This document shows positions 37,150 through 49,700 of a stretch of 64,000 nucleotides of DNA, in pieces. The notes beneath the pieces are model-generated. The model ran no database searches, was not told the origin of the DNA, and saw nothing but the letters and a program-made list of their open reading frames with translations. The position numbers were made by a program, and so were the translations under genes. Position 1 is the first letter of the stretch, and every line of letters starts with the position of its first letter. The stretch spans positions 2,976,001 to 3,040,000 of the forward strand of contig CM068748.1 of the NCBI GenBank assembly GCA_035084275.1. The letters are read 5' to 3'. The DNA comes from Hydrolagus colliei (lineage: Eukaryota).

Positions 37150-38935
37150 TTGATTCAGGCGATGGCATGGTGGACACAATGATAGGTGGCCCCGTACGCC
37201 TGGTGGCTTTCTGAAGCGCAGCGTTGGCCAGGTGGTAGGCTGAGCCGGCGGGAGTCAAGGCAGACTCCATCTGCCCTCCTTGCTTTCGGAGAAGCTGCGG
37301 GCTGTGGTGGGGGCTGAGCATCGGAGACATGGGCGGGTTGCGGTCCCTCTTCATCAGCTCCATGGGCACGGTGTAAGTGGTGGAGTAGGCTGTTTTGGGC
37401 ACTGTGCTGGGGTGTGTATGGAGTGTGGTCATTGGGATCCCCGACTGGGCGTAATTGGCTCCCGATCGCTGGCACTGCAGCCCCATCGGGGCCGGGCTGC
37501 TGTAGCACGTGGACACTGGGAAATGGCCGCCTAGTCTCCCAGGTGAAGCGTAGGTGGTGGTTTCGAGGAGGTGTTGGGTGGGGGCGCTGGACGGGCGGCG
37601 GGTGATATCGGAGAGCCTGGGTGACACCGGCTGCAGTGCCATGACTTGCTGTTGGATGCCGCCGTCCATCATGGCCGGGTGCATGCCGCCGTCGTTGCGC
37701 ATCAGTTCGCTCCTGTGCGTGAAGCTGTTGGAGCGAGCCCTCATCCGGGCGCTGTTACCCTGCAGTTCCTGCCGCAGCTGCAAGTCAGCTTTGCAGTTAT
37801 GCACCAGCCGGGACAGCACCCGAGCCTGGCCCAGGTTCGGAGACAACGCCTTGATGTCGTTTTCTTCCAACATGGCCAGGAAAGTCGTGGAGTCGAACCC
37901 TTGCTGCAGCAAGGAAGCAATGGTGCCGTCCGACAACCCCTCCGAGCGCAGCCACGCCAGGAATTCGGGATCGAGGTCCTTCTTGACATCTTGTCCGGGC
38001 ATTCCCACGGGCATGTGGCTACGAGGCATCGCCATCGTATTGTCGTAGCCGTCGTACATGGTTTTCGAAACCAAGCCGTCCGTGGCATAATCGTGCATCA
38101 TCCTGGACGGGACGCCTTGCCTCGGACTCCTGAGCGTGTTCGGAGGGGGCATCCTATCCAAGGTAGGGTCACAACCAGACCCGGTGGCCGGATCCACGAC
38201 TAAACATGTCGGAGTTACCTGCCGGGCGAGTGCGGGGTCCACCAGCCGGCCGGAAAGCTCGCTGTACATCGACTTGTTAGCCAGGGACGGTGGTTCTGCT
38301 CCGTACCGAGCGAGCTGGGTCTCAGCACCATATCTTGCTGGAGACAGATCTCGGCTACGGATTTTCTGTCCCTCGTGCACGAGCTTGCCAGAAGGATCAC
38401 GGTACATTCGGCCTCCTTCAGGAGGGGGAGGGGGCCTGCCTTGCGAGCTGTCCCATGATATTCTCCCCCCTGGCATCCCATAATTCTGCATTGATCTGTT
38501 AAGCATGTGGTCCCTATAAAACCGAGTCTCTTCAGACGGCCTAAGAGCTACTGCAGGATCCGAGTAGTAATCCTGTGGAGGCAGAGAGCTGCGGCCAGAC
38601 ATTACAAGCTGCTTTTCGTAGGATAGATCGGGCACGGAACTTTTCCTCACGATTCTGCGATCATATCGACTGGGATAACCTTGATTAACCCCAGTGTCTG
38701 GACAGCTGTATCGTTCCGGATATCGCTCATACTCTCCTGCCAAGTTAATATTGTGGGGTCTAACGCCAGGCGGGTCGTAGACAACAGTTTCACCACCATA
38801 GGTCAGTGAATTCCGTCTGCCGTAAGGTGCTTGGTACTCATATATGCTCTCGTTGTCCCAGTTGTCTTCAAACCATCCACCAGCGTCCCAGCTCTGAGAT
38901 CGGCCAATGCTTGAATGCTTGCTAGGGACAGGCAT
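37150..38935 (-). CDS. CTBP2: RIBEYE A-domain exon (synaptic ribbon scaffold isoform), alternative first coding exon, 595 codons + 1 nt
   Basis: The 610-aa ORF matches RIBEYE A-domain hallmarks: MPVPSKH..IGRSQSWDAGGW, PTCLVVDP, PEFLAWLRSEGL..LLQQGFDS..PNLGQARVLSRL, RRPSSAPTQHLLET, TAYSTTYTVPMELMKR, RRTGPPIIVSTM. Homology ends at ...CCT GAA TCA A|GTAACT (GT at 37149-37148), a phase-1 donor matching the known junction to the shared IRPQIMNG exon. Confidence 0.95.
37793..37972 (-). other. SAM-like helical domain within the RIBEYE A-domain
   Basis: DPEFLAWLRSEGLSDGTIASLLQQGFDSTTFLAMLEENDIKALSPNLGQARVLSRLVHNC has a SAM-type pattern (WL...GL......L....D...L..L...D+..L...LG). It is the only ordered-looking block in a Pro/Ser/Gly-rich protein. 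Confidence 0.75.
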
Positions 38936-39700
38936 TGGAATAAAAATGACTTCAGCTTAGTTAAAGAAGAGGAGGGACTTTGGTCTACAAACACATGAAA
39001 CAAAGGAGGTTGGTTTCACCTGACCCCCCAACTGGGACTGCAGAACCAGGCAACGGAAGGTTTTCTATTACAAAGTGCTCCTTGAATTATTAATCCACAG
39101 AAACATCAGTAGGGGGAAAAAAACACAACGCACCTTGTTGCAGATTCTCATTGCGCACTGGCTGAATGAAAGGTCCTCTTTGTGCTTTGCTTGCAGATGG
39201 AAAGGGAGCTTGAGTTAATCCAAACGTTTATCCCTGCTTGCATGGGACTCTCATGTGTGGGCAACTGGCCGGACGGACAGTACATGCGGATTAAGAGCTA
39301 AACAAAACCAGCAAAGCCCCTGCTGCTGGTGACATCAATTGAGTACATTTCGAGACGCTGCATTGCGCACAGTGTGCGGCTACGCTGTTTACACGTTTAA
39401 CACTGAACCCCTGAGTATTCTGATAGAGAATTTTTTTTTGCAAAGAAACCAAAAAAGAAAAACTCTTTGAGGATTTTCAAAAGAAACAGGAGAAGCTCTG
39501 GTTTTTTTTTTAGGAAAATGGGAGGAAGGAAGAGAGGGCGGGAGGGATGGGAGGGAGGGAGGGAGGGGGAATTGCTGAAGGAGTTAAAAAAAATCTGAAA
39601 ATCCCTCTCTGTCAGCACAACCAAATCCATCCTGATGAAACACTAATCCATTGAATGGAATTGAAAACAAATTATACGTGAGTGGGAGCGTCAACAAAAC
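38936..39700 (-). promoter_or_regulatory. Putative RIBEYE-specific promoter / 5'UTR with K50-homeodomain (CRX/OTX) sites
   Basis: Region with no recognisable transposon directly upstream of the RIBEYE ATG. TAATCC at 39091, 39216 and 39644, GGATTA at 39288, E-box CAGATGG at 39194, Maf-type half-site GTCAGCA at 39611. Confidence 0.55.
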
Positions 39701-42700
39701 CCCCCTCCCACCCACCAGAAATTTCAGAATGAATAAGCCAAGAATTCAACAAAGAATTATCCCCTTTTAGTTGTATAGTTTAAACACTTCCATGTCTTAT
39801 TGATTTGGGTGATGTAATCGAGGTCTTTGTGTCACATGGCGAGTCGAATTTAGCAACTTAAGTCATGCTCAGCGAAAGATTCAGTTTGCATCATTACCAT
39901 AATACGAAAATCCTCTCATCATCCCAGAAAGGAAAATTGCCAGGATGTAATCTGGAATTTGCAGCTTTAGGAACTACGGCTGAGGTCAAAACTCTGGGAA
40001 CATGAATAAAATGGGGCAGTACTCTGGTCTACTGGTGCACAGATGGACTGGGACAAGAGCAATACGCAGGGCCGATGCCTCAATGTAGACTGTTACAAAA
40101 CACGAAGCTACTTAACTATCAAATCTAAAATTCCCCCCCACCCACAACAGGTTTCCAGTGAAACCGAAAGCATTGACCCTCTCCTTAGGATTCGATCAAT
40201 ACTTTCTCTCACAATCTTTTTCCCCACCAGTTTATTAAGAGGTTAAAGTCATCTCTGTTTTGCTGCGGTCAAAGAGACATCAGCTGTCTCCTGCTTTGTG
40301 GTGCTGCACCCAAACCAATATGGTAATTTATGGTCACTAGTATATTTGACACATATTCACAATCTCCACGTGAATCTTACCAGGTCAAATGTGGTTCAAA
40401 TAACAGGCCCTGATCCAAACAATAGCAGAGTGTCCACTTCCTGGAAAAGCAGCAGTGGTGGAATTTCTTTTTACGATTTCCTTGTTTGCAAGAATTGAAC
40501 CTACTCAGGTTCAATGTCACAGAGTCAAGACAACTGCAGGTCATGGAGTAAGCAGCACGTCCAAATCAATCTAACCAGAGTCTTGGAGGATGGAGCAGTT
40601 AGGAAAGACAGAGGTGCAGGAGGCACAGGGCAGGAAGAGCAAAAGGTCAAAGGAATATCTCAAATGAAAGAATTAATGCAAATTCATAGAACCAATTAAT
40701 TTGACTGCAGTTAAGATTGGGAATCGCCCCCCCCACCCCCAATCCCATGATTTGAACAACTAAATCTATGAGTCTGCATGTGATAGATTTTGTCCGTTTT
40801 TAACCAGATTAGGAGGTGAGATATTACACCTCAGGGAAGCATGTGTGTGTCTGTGTGTGGGGGTGGGTGGGAGAAGGAAAGGGAGAGGAAGGGAGGGAGT
40901 GAGGGAGGGAGATATGACACTGTCTGCATTTTCTTGCAATGACTGCATGTCTGACCCATAGAGCAACTCTGATGGATACCGTGAAAGAAGCCGCAGGGAC
41001 ACTTTCACAGTTTGAAGGGCGGATTCAGGAAGTTGGTGGGCAATGATACACAAATAAAATGCAGAGAGAAAAACAGAGAGGGAAAAAACATAAATTAAAA
41101 CAAGAATGACTACATAGCCTCCTACATGTTTATTTTTAAAAGAAACAAATAGTTGAAACACCAAATCCTTGCCCTCAGTTATATATCCTTAACAAGCCAA
41201 AACCACCTCATCTTGGTACCTTTAGGCTAATAATGAACTTAAGGATGAAGAAGTGTATTAATGTGATTTATTTTACAGTTGTCATTACTTGTTAATGTTT
41301 AATTCAAAAATGCCCGACAGAGGCATCCACTACAGACTACTGCTTCAAACCCAGCCAAGATAGATATTGAATATGTGCTGGGAATTTTGCCTTTCCAATT
41401 AATTTGACTGCAGTTAAAGGTTTGCCAAATGTACATGCTACAGTCTCCCTGGATTCCGACCGCTGCTTGGTGGAAATGGCCGCTGGAACAAAAAATATCT
41501 ATACGTCCTGACAATTCCCTGGAAGCCAGAAACTCAACCGATCAGGTTTATAACGCGAGGACTTGGTTTTTTGCTGGGATTCAGCTCTGAAATACACCCG
41601 AGATCATTCAGACGGTTTTGCCCACCATCATTCACAAATCTCTCACACTGGTGCACAGATGCGCCACAGAGTGGCTCCAGCCCTACGTTAAAACGGCACA
41701 GAGACCTAATCATTAGGGTAGCATAAAGAACATCATACATCAGCAGAATCTGAAGGAACGGACTACTTACTGCGCTAAGCATCTAAAAGTATATATTTCC
41801 TGGAACACCTTTACGCCTGCCCTCGTTTAGATACTGAATGACTGGCTGTGTGGATTTGAAGCGTCATTGCAGCACTGTCACGTTCACGGTTATTTCAATG
41901 ATACATTAAGTAGACTATGGAAATGATGCCACTATATTTTCTTCCGTCTCCTCCTAAAAGTGTTTAACTCCTTTACTTTGCAGGGGTACCTTTCCAGGGG
42001 CACCCTTCTCTTTACAACCCAGGACTACTAGTCCACTTTTAATGCCCAAAGGATTCAAACCTACAAGTTTCTGTACCGTCTCGTGCCGCCTTTGTAATAT
42101 GCTACCAGAACGAGTGCAGGGAGCAGTGGCACATTGAAATAATTAGCCTCCTCCTACACTGGTTCTGCTCCTTCAGTCCTTTTCAATAGAGGATCTATCC
42201 CCCTTACAGCGACTTACACAGGCAAGAGGAGACAGCGCTGAAAAGTCATCCAACGTTAAATAAATAATCACAAGCACAGATAGCTGCTCAATTTTCCACA
42301 CGTCGGCTCTTGTTTGGAGCACATACCGCCTCAAGTTAACTAAACGTGGGGGCACAACTGTGGAAAGAGTTCTGGCCGCCTGCAGTATTGGCAGAGGAGC
42401 AGTGAAGCCCCTTGCGACCCGACCTCTTTGTACTTCTCTCTGCTCATTGCACAGGCTGGACGTTAACCTATTACAAAGAATAGAACACCAGGAACTAGAG
42501 ATTGTTGATGAGGTTTATTCCACGTGACTAACTTTTTAGCCACATTAAAATGCTGTGCCTTGAAATTTTGTGGGCCGTTGGAATTTGGCTACTGGGAACG
42601 TTTATGGTGCTGTTTTGAGAGCAAAGTGGGAATCCATTCACGTCCAATGCGTTTACAGGGCAGGCAAATTACTTTTACTTTGGGATCTACACAGGTGGAC

Positions 42701-44448
42701 CAGCGATGGGTGATCCCTTGAAAGTTGCTCTCAAGTGTAAGGTAGCGGCGTACTTCTGAAGTGCTCTGTTCAGTCCAATTTACAGTGTAACGTATGTAGG
42801 AAATTATGCAGTGTATACCATAAACGGTTTCTTAAAAATAGGCATGTCATTAAACACCGCATTGGAAACGTGAAAAAAAATGCTTCTTTGAACCTTCTCA
42901 GTAATCTCACATTTTATCCGTGACATGGATCTTACGAGGCTCATTTTGAGGTGCCTTTTTTAATCTTGCGTGTATCTAACTACAGCGGACATGGTGGACT
43001 TACTGAGGTTGCTGCTTCCGCCCCCACACACGCAAACAATTCCCTTCATTCAGAACATTCTAAGGTCCAGATCTGCACGTTGCAGATTGCACACTTCAAA
43101 GCTGTTATGGCAATTGCAGAATATCTATTCAAAACATTAATGCCTCCCATATGTCTCCCAACACCACCGCGGAAGGCACGAGCTGTGAAACGCAATGAGC
43201 AGGCTTGCACTTCCCTGCTGGTTTCTGGGCTGCACACCAGTGAAGTGGTCTTCTTCCCACTTAATGCTTCATTTATGCCTCAGAGTAAGGTGGAGGCTGG
43301 TGAGAATTGAGTACCCCCAAGTCAGTCAGCGCTGTGGATTGGCCCCGTCAGCGCAGCAGACATGCCATGTATTGATCTTCCCTCCACCCACACTTTCCAC
43401 CTTCCCACTCAAAGAGTCACAGTACTCGAACCTGCTTCGATCACTGCTCCTGAATATTCCTGTAACAAGGATTGAGCTTATTTTAAAAGGGAGCACTGCA
43501 CTTGCAATAGTGTGGGACACCAACGATTTGAAGTAGGAGACAAATTCTGCCCATTCACAACACATTCATTTATAAAGAAGGTAAGAGCACGCTTCCTCTC
43601 AAGAAAATCTAAAGCCATTAACTTCTCAAAGAATAAACCAGAACTTGACTGGGCCAACAAGTACTTGACTGGCAGAGCAACCAATTCTTTATAAGTAACT
43701 TTAGGCCTGGTAGTTAATCAGCCAGCACTGGATTTGAACCCTTAAAATAAATTGTCCAGCAAATGTTTCAACTCCAGTGCTTGTCTCCAGCATTTGTTGT
43801 GCCATCAATCATTGAGGTCTTGTTTATTTGGCAGGGCGAGGCTTGGCATCGCTCCACTAGACTGTGAGTTCTGTTTCTTTATTTGTCACGTAACGAGAGA
43901 CATCACCAATGCATAAAACATCAGCCTCGAAACCCAACTTCCCCATCTCCCACATCACATATTCTTTGCAATACAATGTCATGCATTTTACGCGTGATAC
44001 CATTGAAATGGTATCCGGTTAACCTATCGGTGATGTTATTGAACTCAGTCCTAAATGTTTCCCACTAAATAGAGACTTCAAAGCCCCTCAAATCCCACAT
44101 AGAGTTAGCTCGCAAGACCACCTCATCTTACAATTTTAAATGACATGGAATTGAGGTAAATTGGTAAATTGTTAATCTCAAGTTTTAATTCAAAGCCAAT
44201 TTGTTTCTAAAACTCTGCAGGGGAAAAAATATTCTGAATTTAGGAACCCGCACAATTCTGCACAATCTTACAGATGAAGACGGGGCAGGAAGAGGTGATC
44301 CCAAGCCCAGCAAATGTGAAAACTTTTGCACCAGCAAAGTCCCACAAACAAGCATAAAGTCAATGACCGTTTAATCTGGAAGATTGTTGAGCAGGAGAAA
44401 CTCTTTTATCTTCAAATAGTGTCACAGGCTCTGGGAGCCTTTCAAAAG

Positions 44449-44770
44449 GAGCTCCGGTAGCTCAGTGCTTAGAGCACTTGCCTTACAAGCGTGAGACCTG
44501 TGTTTGAATCCAGGCAGATCAGGGCAAAAACTTGGTCAAGTTTCTTTACTGTATACACCTAATAATAATCTGTCTGAAAAAATCCCACAATAGTAAAAAT
44601 TGATCATTTCAATTTACAACTGTTTGTGGGACACTGCTGTACGCAATTGGCTGCTGCGTTTCACCCAAAATTATACAGTCAATTCACTTTACAGTATATC
44701 CTGTGACGTGCTTCGTGACATCGATAAGATGTGAAAAGTGCTATGTCAAATGCAAGGATTATTTATTATA
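44449..44770 (+). mobile_element. Full-length tRNA-derived SINE with L2-type tail
   Basis: A box GTAGCTCAGTGCTTAGAGCA, B box GTTTGAATCC, core TGTTTGTGGGACACTGCTGTACGCAATTGGCTGC, tail GATGTGAAAAGTGCTATGTCAAATGCAAGGATTATT. Further fragments near 2640, 8240, 11750, 12305, 15080, 24100, 24360, 26080, 26380, 29650, 30130, 33475, 49960, 55425 and 63165. Confidence 0.85.
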
Positions 44771-45197
44771 AACGAGATATTAACCTCTATTCCCATCAGA
44801 ATTCCGTCCAGTTAAGCAAAAGTGAGAAACGCCATTAGGGACGTCCTCCCCACGTGAAAGGCGCTTTACAAATTTTATTTTCTGTTGTATTTGTAGGAAT
44901 GGAGTTGCTCAATGGCCTTTGAAAAAGGCGATGTGTTTCACCTACTCTCTCCACACTACTTGAGAATGTTTCGTGGAAAATGAAATCACCAGCTATTGTT
45001 CCCAGAGCTGCCAGTCAAACACAGAAGTGCAGGGGAGCTGCAGGAAGCTAAATTTGTGGCAATGTGGTTGGCAAATGCAACACAGAAAGAACACTTCCTG
45101 AGCGAAACGTGATGCCAGCCTGCATTCAGCACATACCCAGGTACGTATGAAAGGTGATGTTGAGAGACAGTAAGTTTACTGCCTTGGGAATAATAAA

Positions 45198-45902
45198 GTA
45201 ATAATAACAATCGTTGCATTTGATATGGCACTTTTCATGTCTTCTGGCTGTCTCAAAGCACTTCACAGAATATAAAGTGAATTGACTGTACATTTGTGGG
45301 AGGAACGTGACAGCCAATTGTGCACAGCAATGTCCCACAAACAGTCGTGTATTGAGTAACCAAATTATCACTACAGTATTATTTTCTTGGGATCCTGGTT
45401 CTCATCTTCAAAGCTCTCCATGGCCTTTCCCCACCCTACCTCTGCGACCTCCTAACCCCCTGCACCCTCCGCTCAGTAGACTCTGGCCTACTCCATGTCC
45501 CCCGACCTACCTGCGCGGCCCACTATTGGCGGGCGAGCCTTTAGCCACTCTGCCCTCAAGCTCTGGAATTCCATCCCGCAGTCTCTCTGCCTCGCGCTGT
45601 CCCAAGCCTCCTTCAAGTCCTGCCGTAAGACCCTCTTCTTCAACAGTCCCATCGGTCACCCCAAATCCTTTCCTTTCCCTCCACCCTCCCCGATCCCGAC
45701 CCCAGCTCAGGTATGAAACATTGATTGTCCAGCGCCTTGGGACATCCTCCCAACGTGAAATGTACAATTGTCATTTTGTTGTTGTTGTTGAGGGATTATA
45801 ATCAGGCATGTTGTGTAAGCAAACTAGCCCAAGGAATTGCCCTGCTGGGATTCAAACCCAGGTTACTAGGCAAGTGCTCTAAGCACTGAGCTGCAGGAAT
45901 CC
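45198..45902 (-). mobile_element. SINE (minus) interrupted by an L2 3' fragment (plus, about 45393-45790)
   Basis: The SINE tail and body run 45198-45392, then L2 (RPTIGGRAFSHSALKLWNSIPQSL; GTT tail), then the SINE resumes with GGGATTATAATCAGGCATG..GGGATTCAAACCCAGG..CACTGAGCTGCAGGA. Confidence 0.8.
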
Positions 45903-46681
45903 ACATGTGTGGGATTGGAAAAGACCATTGCTCTTAAATGCTAAACTTACAACTAAATAATAATAATCATATAAATCTGTGTGTCATTAATCCCGCTTAT
46001 TGCATTATTCACCAAATAGTCAACTAATTACCTCTCAAGCACCCTCTTAGCCCCTCTCTTCTTAAAGGGATCTCCTCTTGTTGCATTCCATTGAATTCTA
46101 TGAGCATTCACAACAACAACAACTTCGATTTATATAGCGCCCTCCACGCCGGACGGCATCTCAGAGCGCTTCACCCCTGATTCCGTCAACCTCTCACTTG
46201 GTAAACAGATTCTATTCTCAGGATTTGCTGCATTAGCTAATCTCAGCTGGAGTGCTACAATTGGCCTCAGGCTAGTAAAGGAACATGTAGCCAAGACTCT
46301 TGCTCTCCATCCAGGAACTCCCATGAACAGACTTGCAGGCATTGACTTTGGGGCGAGGACAAAATTTAGGCTTTAATGTGGTGTAAAATATGCAGCTTAA
46401 TGCAGTGTACACTTGCATCACATGCTGCATTCCTTACCCCATCATTCCCGAGGCACAGAATTTATTAGCAATGTTGCAGTATTGGAAGGCATTTCTTATC
46501 ACATCATTTCTTACCAACCTGGGTTATTAAGTAACAGCAGCAATCTGCATTTAACATCCGGTTTATTTAACCTTAGATTTATGTTTAAATGCCTATCGAT
46601 GGAATGCGGATTATATATATATATACTTGACTTTTGCATCGGACATTTTGTATTCTTTAAATACTCTGTGTGAGTTATAAT

Positions 46682-46784
46682 TAGAGTTGTTGACTTTCTA
46701 GCCTGACCAGAATAGACTACTGAAGACTAGAATCCAAAGTCTTCAGTAGTCTATTCTGGTCAGGCTAGAAAGTCAACAACTCTA
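46682..46784. repeat. Perfect 47-bp inverted repeat with a 9-nt loop
   Basis: TAGAGTTGTTGACTTTCTAGCCTGACCAGAATAGACTACTGAAGACT-agaatccaa-AGTCTTCAGTAGTCTATTCTGGTCAGGCTAGAAAGTCAACAACTCTA. Confidence 0.95.
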
Positions 46785-49700
46785 TTTATAATATATATAG
46801 TTACTATATGTTAACAAATACTCTATACAGCTTCGAGTTGGCAGCTCAGTGTCAGTTCTGGCTTAACCATCACTTGTGAGCGCAGGGAACAATCCTGTCT
46901 CCTCTCTGGAATCATAGGATCTTATCTCAATGAGAGTTCACTTTGGCTAAGGCTTTGATGGTACGTTCAATTTCACTAATTTGCGCCCGAGAGCAAAAAA
47001 AAGTTATTTTGTTTGGCAACATGCCATAATTATTTAAATTCAAGGATTAGTACTAATAATATTTACGCTGAAATCATCTAAAGGAACGCCCGCTCTGATT
47101 CGAAGCTGTTACAATAATGAGAAACAACTGGTTGAAGAGGAAGGCTTACAAATACTTAAAATGATGGAGAAATGAATGCTTACAGAAAAAACGTCATGCC
47201 TTTGAGAACCAGTATTATAATAGAGGCAAGTGATGATTTGATTTGAGTACTGTGCCTTCCTGCATCAGGGCTGTTAATGTGAAACATCTAATGCTGACCT
47301 TTAAATAAAATAACTTCAGCCAATGTGAAGCACCGGAAACTACTTTGCTCTCGTGGCTCAGTCGTGCTATTGCAAATGCCATGAACAAGGCAGCCATATA
47401 CATTCTGCTGGACAAACTCTGAGGGAACGTAGCTTAAATTGATGCTCAGAATTTTCGCAAGTAAATGACAATTATCCTGACAAAAAGCACTTTAAGAGGT
47501 TGAAGAAGCACTTCCATAGTCAGTGTTATTGTTTGAAGTATTAACCAATCTCCTCCTTTCCTCTACCCCTCCACTCCACCAAACCATCCATTTGCCCAGT
47601 CACACCACTTTCCAGTACAATCTGTGGAGCACTTTGGAATGTCCATCTGATGTGAAGGCGTGATACCAAATGTAAAAATGATCATTATTAGTATCAGCTC
47701 CGAGTTAACATTAGCAAAGACAAATGTAAGCTGCACTTAAGAGCATCTTAGAATTCAGCTTCAGATAGTGACATCTGAACACTCTGGGGCTACAGGAACT
47801 GGAGAAACTGAAATTCAGATCATCGGACTTGAAACAGATCTGAACTCTGGATACTGATCTCTATGGATTATTACGTCTTTGCACTTTGTACCAATGAGAT
47901 TTGTTTGTGATGATTAATTTGTTGGTTTGGCTACGTATTTTATACATCAATAATAAAAACATTTAAAAACCCACTGAGAAGTACAGTACTCAGGCAATAT
48001 GGCCTAAAACAGTCACTCCATATCTTCCTACAGATATTTTCGGTGTAAATTCATGCGGTAGCTTTTCATTAGATTGCTACAAGCCGTAGATATATCATTG
48101 TGATATGCAAAAAAGCAACAGTCATTTGCATATCTTTACAATATATTACAACACACTGGGATATGTGATATATAGGATACATTATATCCCAAGACTGCGA
48201 TTCAAACTCGAATGCATATCTCTGTGAATTATGCAATCCATCTAGTTTCTTGTTTACAAGTCTACTGTAACTTGATTTGACACTTGATGACTGAAACATT
48301 TTTTTTAAACATACAGAGTATTTTAGGGTCTCGCTGGTGAGAAATGTTCAGTTTGCCCTGAGATTTGTTTGTTAGAGGCTTGCAGAGTTACCTCAACACA
48401 TTTTGATGTCATGGCGTGAGTTAGAGAAGCAAACTCAACGGGTTTTATATTGGAATGTGAAGTCGTGGATATAAAACAATGCAAAGGATTCATTAATATT
48501 ACACACTCAGCCGGAATGTTGCATTTCAACAGACTTTCAAATACAGAATACATTTAACATTTAACAATAAATTTTCAACACATTTCAAAACAAATCACTC
48601 AATATATCATATGCACATAGAACAAGATTGGCATTCAAAATTCCTTTGAATATCTTTAGCTCATTTCATATCATAATACTGTATCAACTTATATAAAAGC
48701 TCCTGTGCCTTGAAAATGTTCAATTATTCTATACAATCACAAGGCTCCACATCTCAGTAAGATTGGATAAATTGAAAACAATCAGCCATTATTCACAAAT
48801 TAAAGGATCCAACAGTTCAATTCTCTCTCTCTCTTTTTCTCTCTCTCTCTGCCCCTCCCTACATACATAACACAACTCAACTTGCATTACAACACATCCA
48901 CTGACAAAGTAATCTGCAAGGATAAAAGTTTTGATTTGATAGTGCAAAACTTAACTGCCACAAAAATAATCAGATTCTACTTTGCCAATTGCACGCCCTG
49001 TGGCCCATTTCCACAGTTACATCCCTCCGCTGAGCCTGCAACTGCTTTCATTCGAAACCGTAAGAAACCTAGATTTCGTTCTGGCAACTTCATCACAATC
49101 ACGGGCATTCGTTGCGAAAACAGAACAGCAAAAACTCAGATGCAAACCTCAGGCTGTCGTTTTTCTCAAGCCGTTTTGCTTAAAGTCTCTGGAGACTGCA
49201 TTTCCATCCCAGGCTATGAATAAAAAGCCAATGAAATAAAAATCCCAATTTGTTGTAAGCGTTTTTGTTATAAACCATCGGCATCGGATAGTTTTTCGAT
49301 CAAGTTTCCAATTTTTTTTTCAAAAAAGAGAAACTGCAGTGATCAGTATTTTACAAGCAAGCCTCTGCCTACCTGTTTGGTGTCAAATTTATCTGAGACA
49401 CCACAACCAGGTCACAGGGACGGTGTTCGGAGAAAACGTTTTTTTGTGTACAATGTAAAAAAATGTACGTTTCCTGCACACTGCCAACCTTTCCATTCCA
49501 CGCAACTACTTATTAAGGTTAGCCCTTCCTGGTTCCCTATTTGACTTGTGTTTCGGCTACCTGTGGCTGCTATTCTGTCTCCTAGCCTCCCTGAGTCTGA
49601 TATATGAGTACCTACCTCTCCTTGCTGTCGCTTTGCCTGTCACACCGCTGCGTTCCTCAGTAGGCTGCTGCTGGCTTCCCCACCAAGCCCCCGCTTTAAA

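Noticed and set aside
37155-38502. Several overlapping 100-185 aa ORFs on the + strand and in alternative frames
   Set aside because: Shadow ORFs expected from the GC-rich RIBEYE coding exon.
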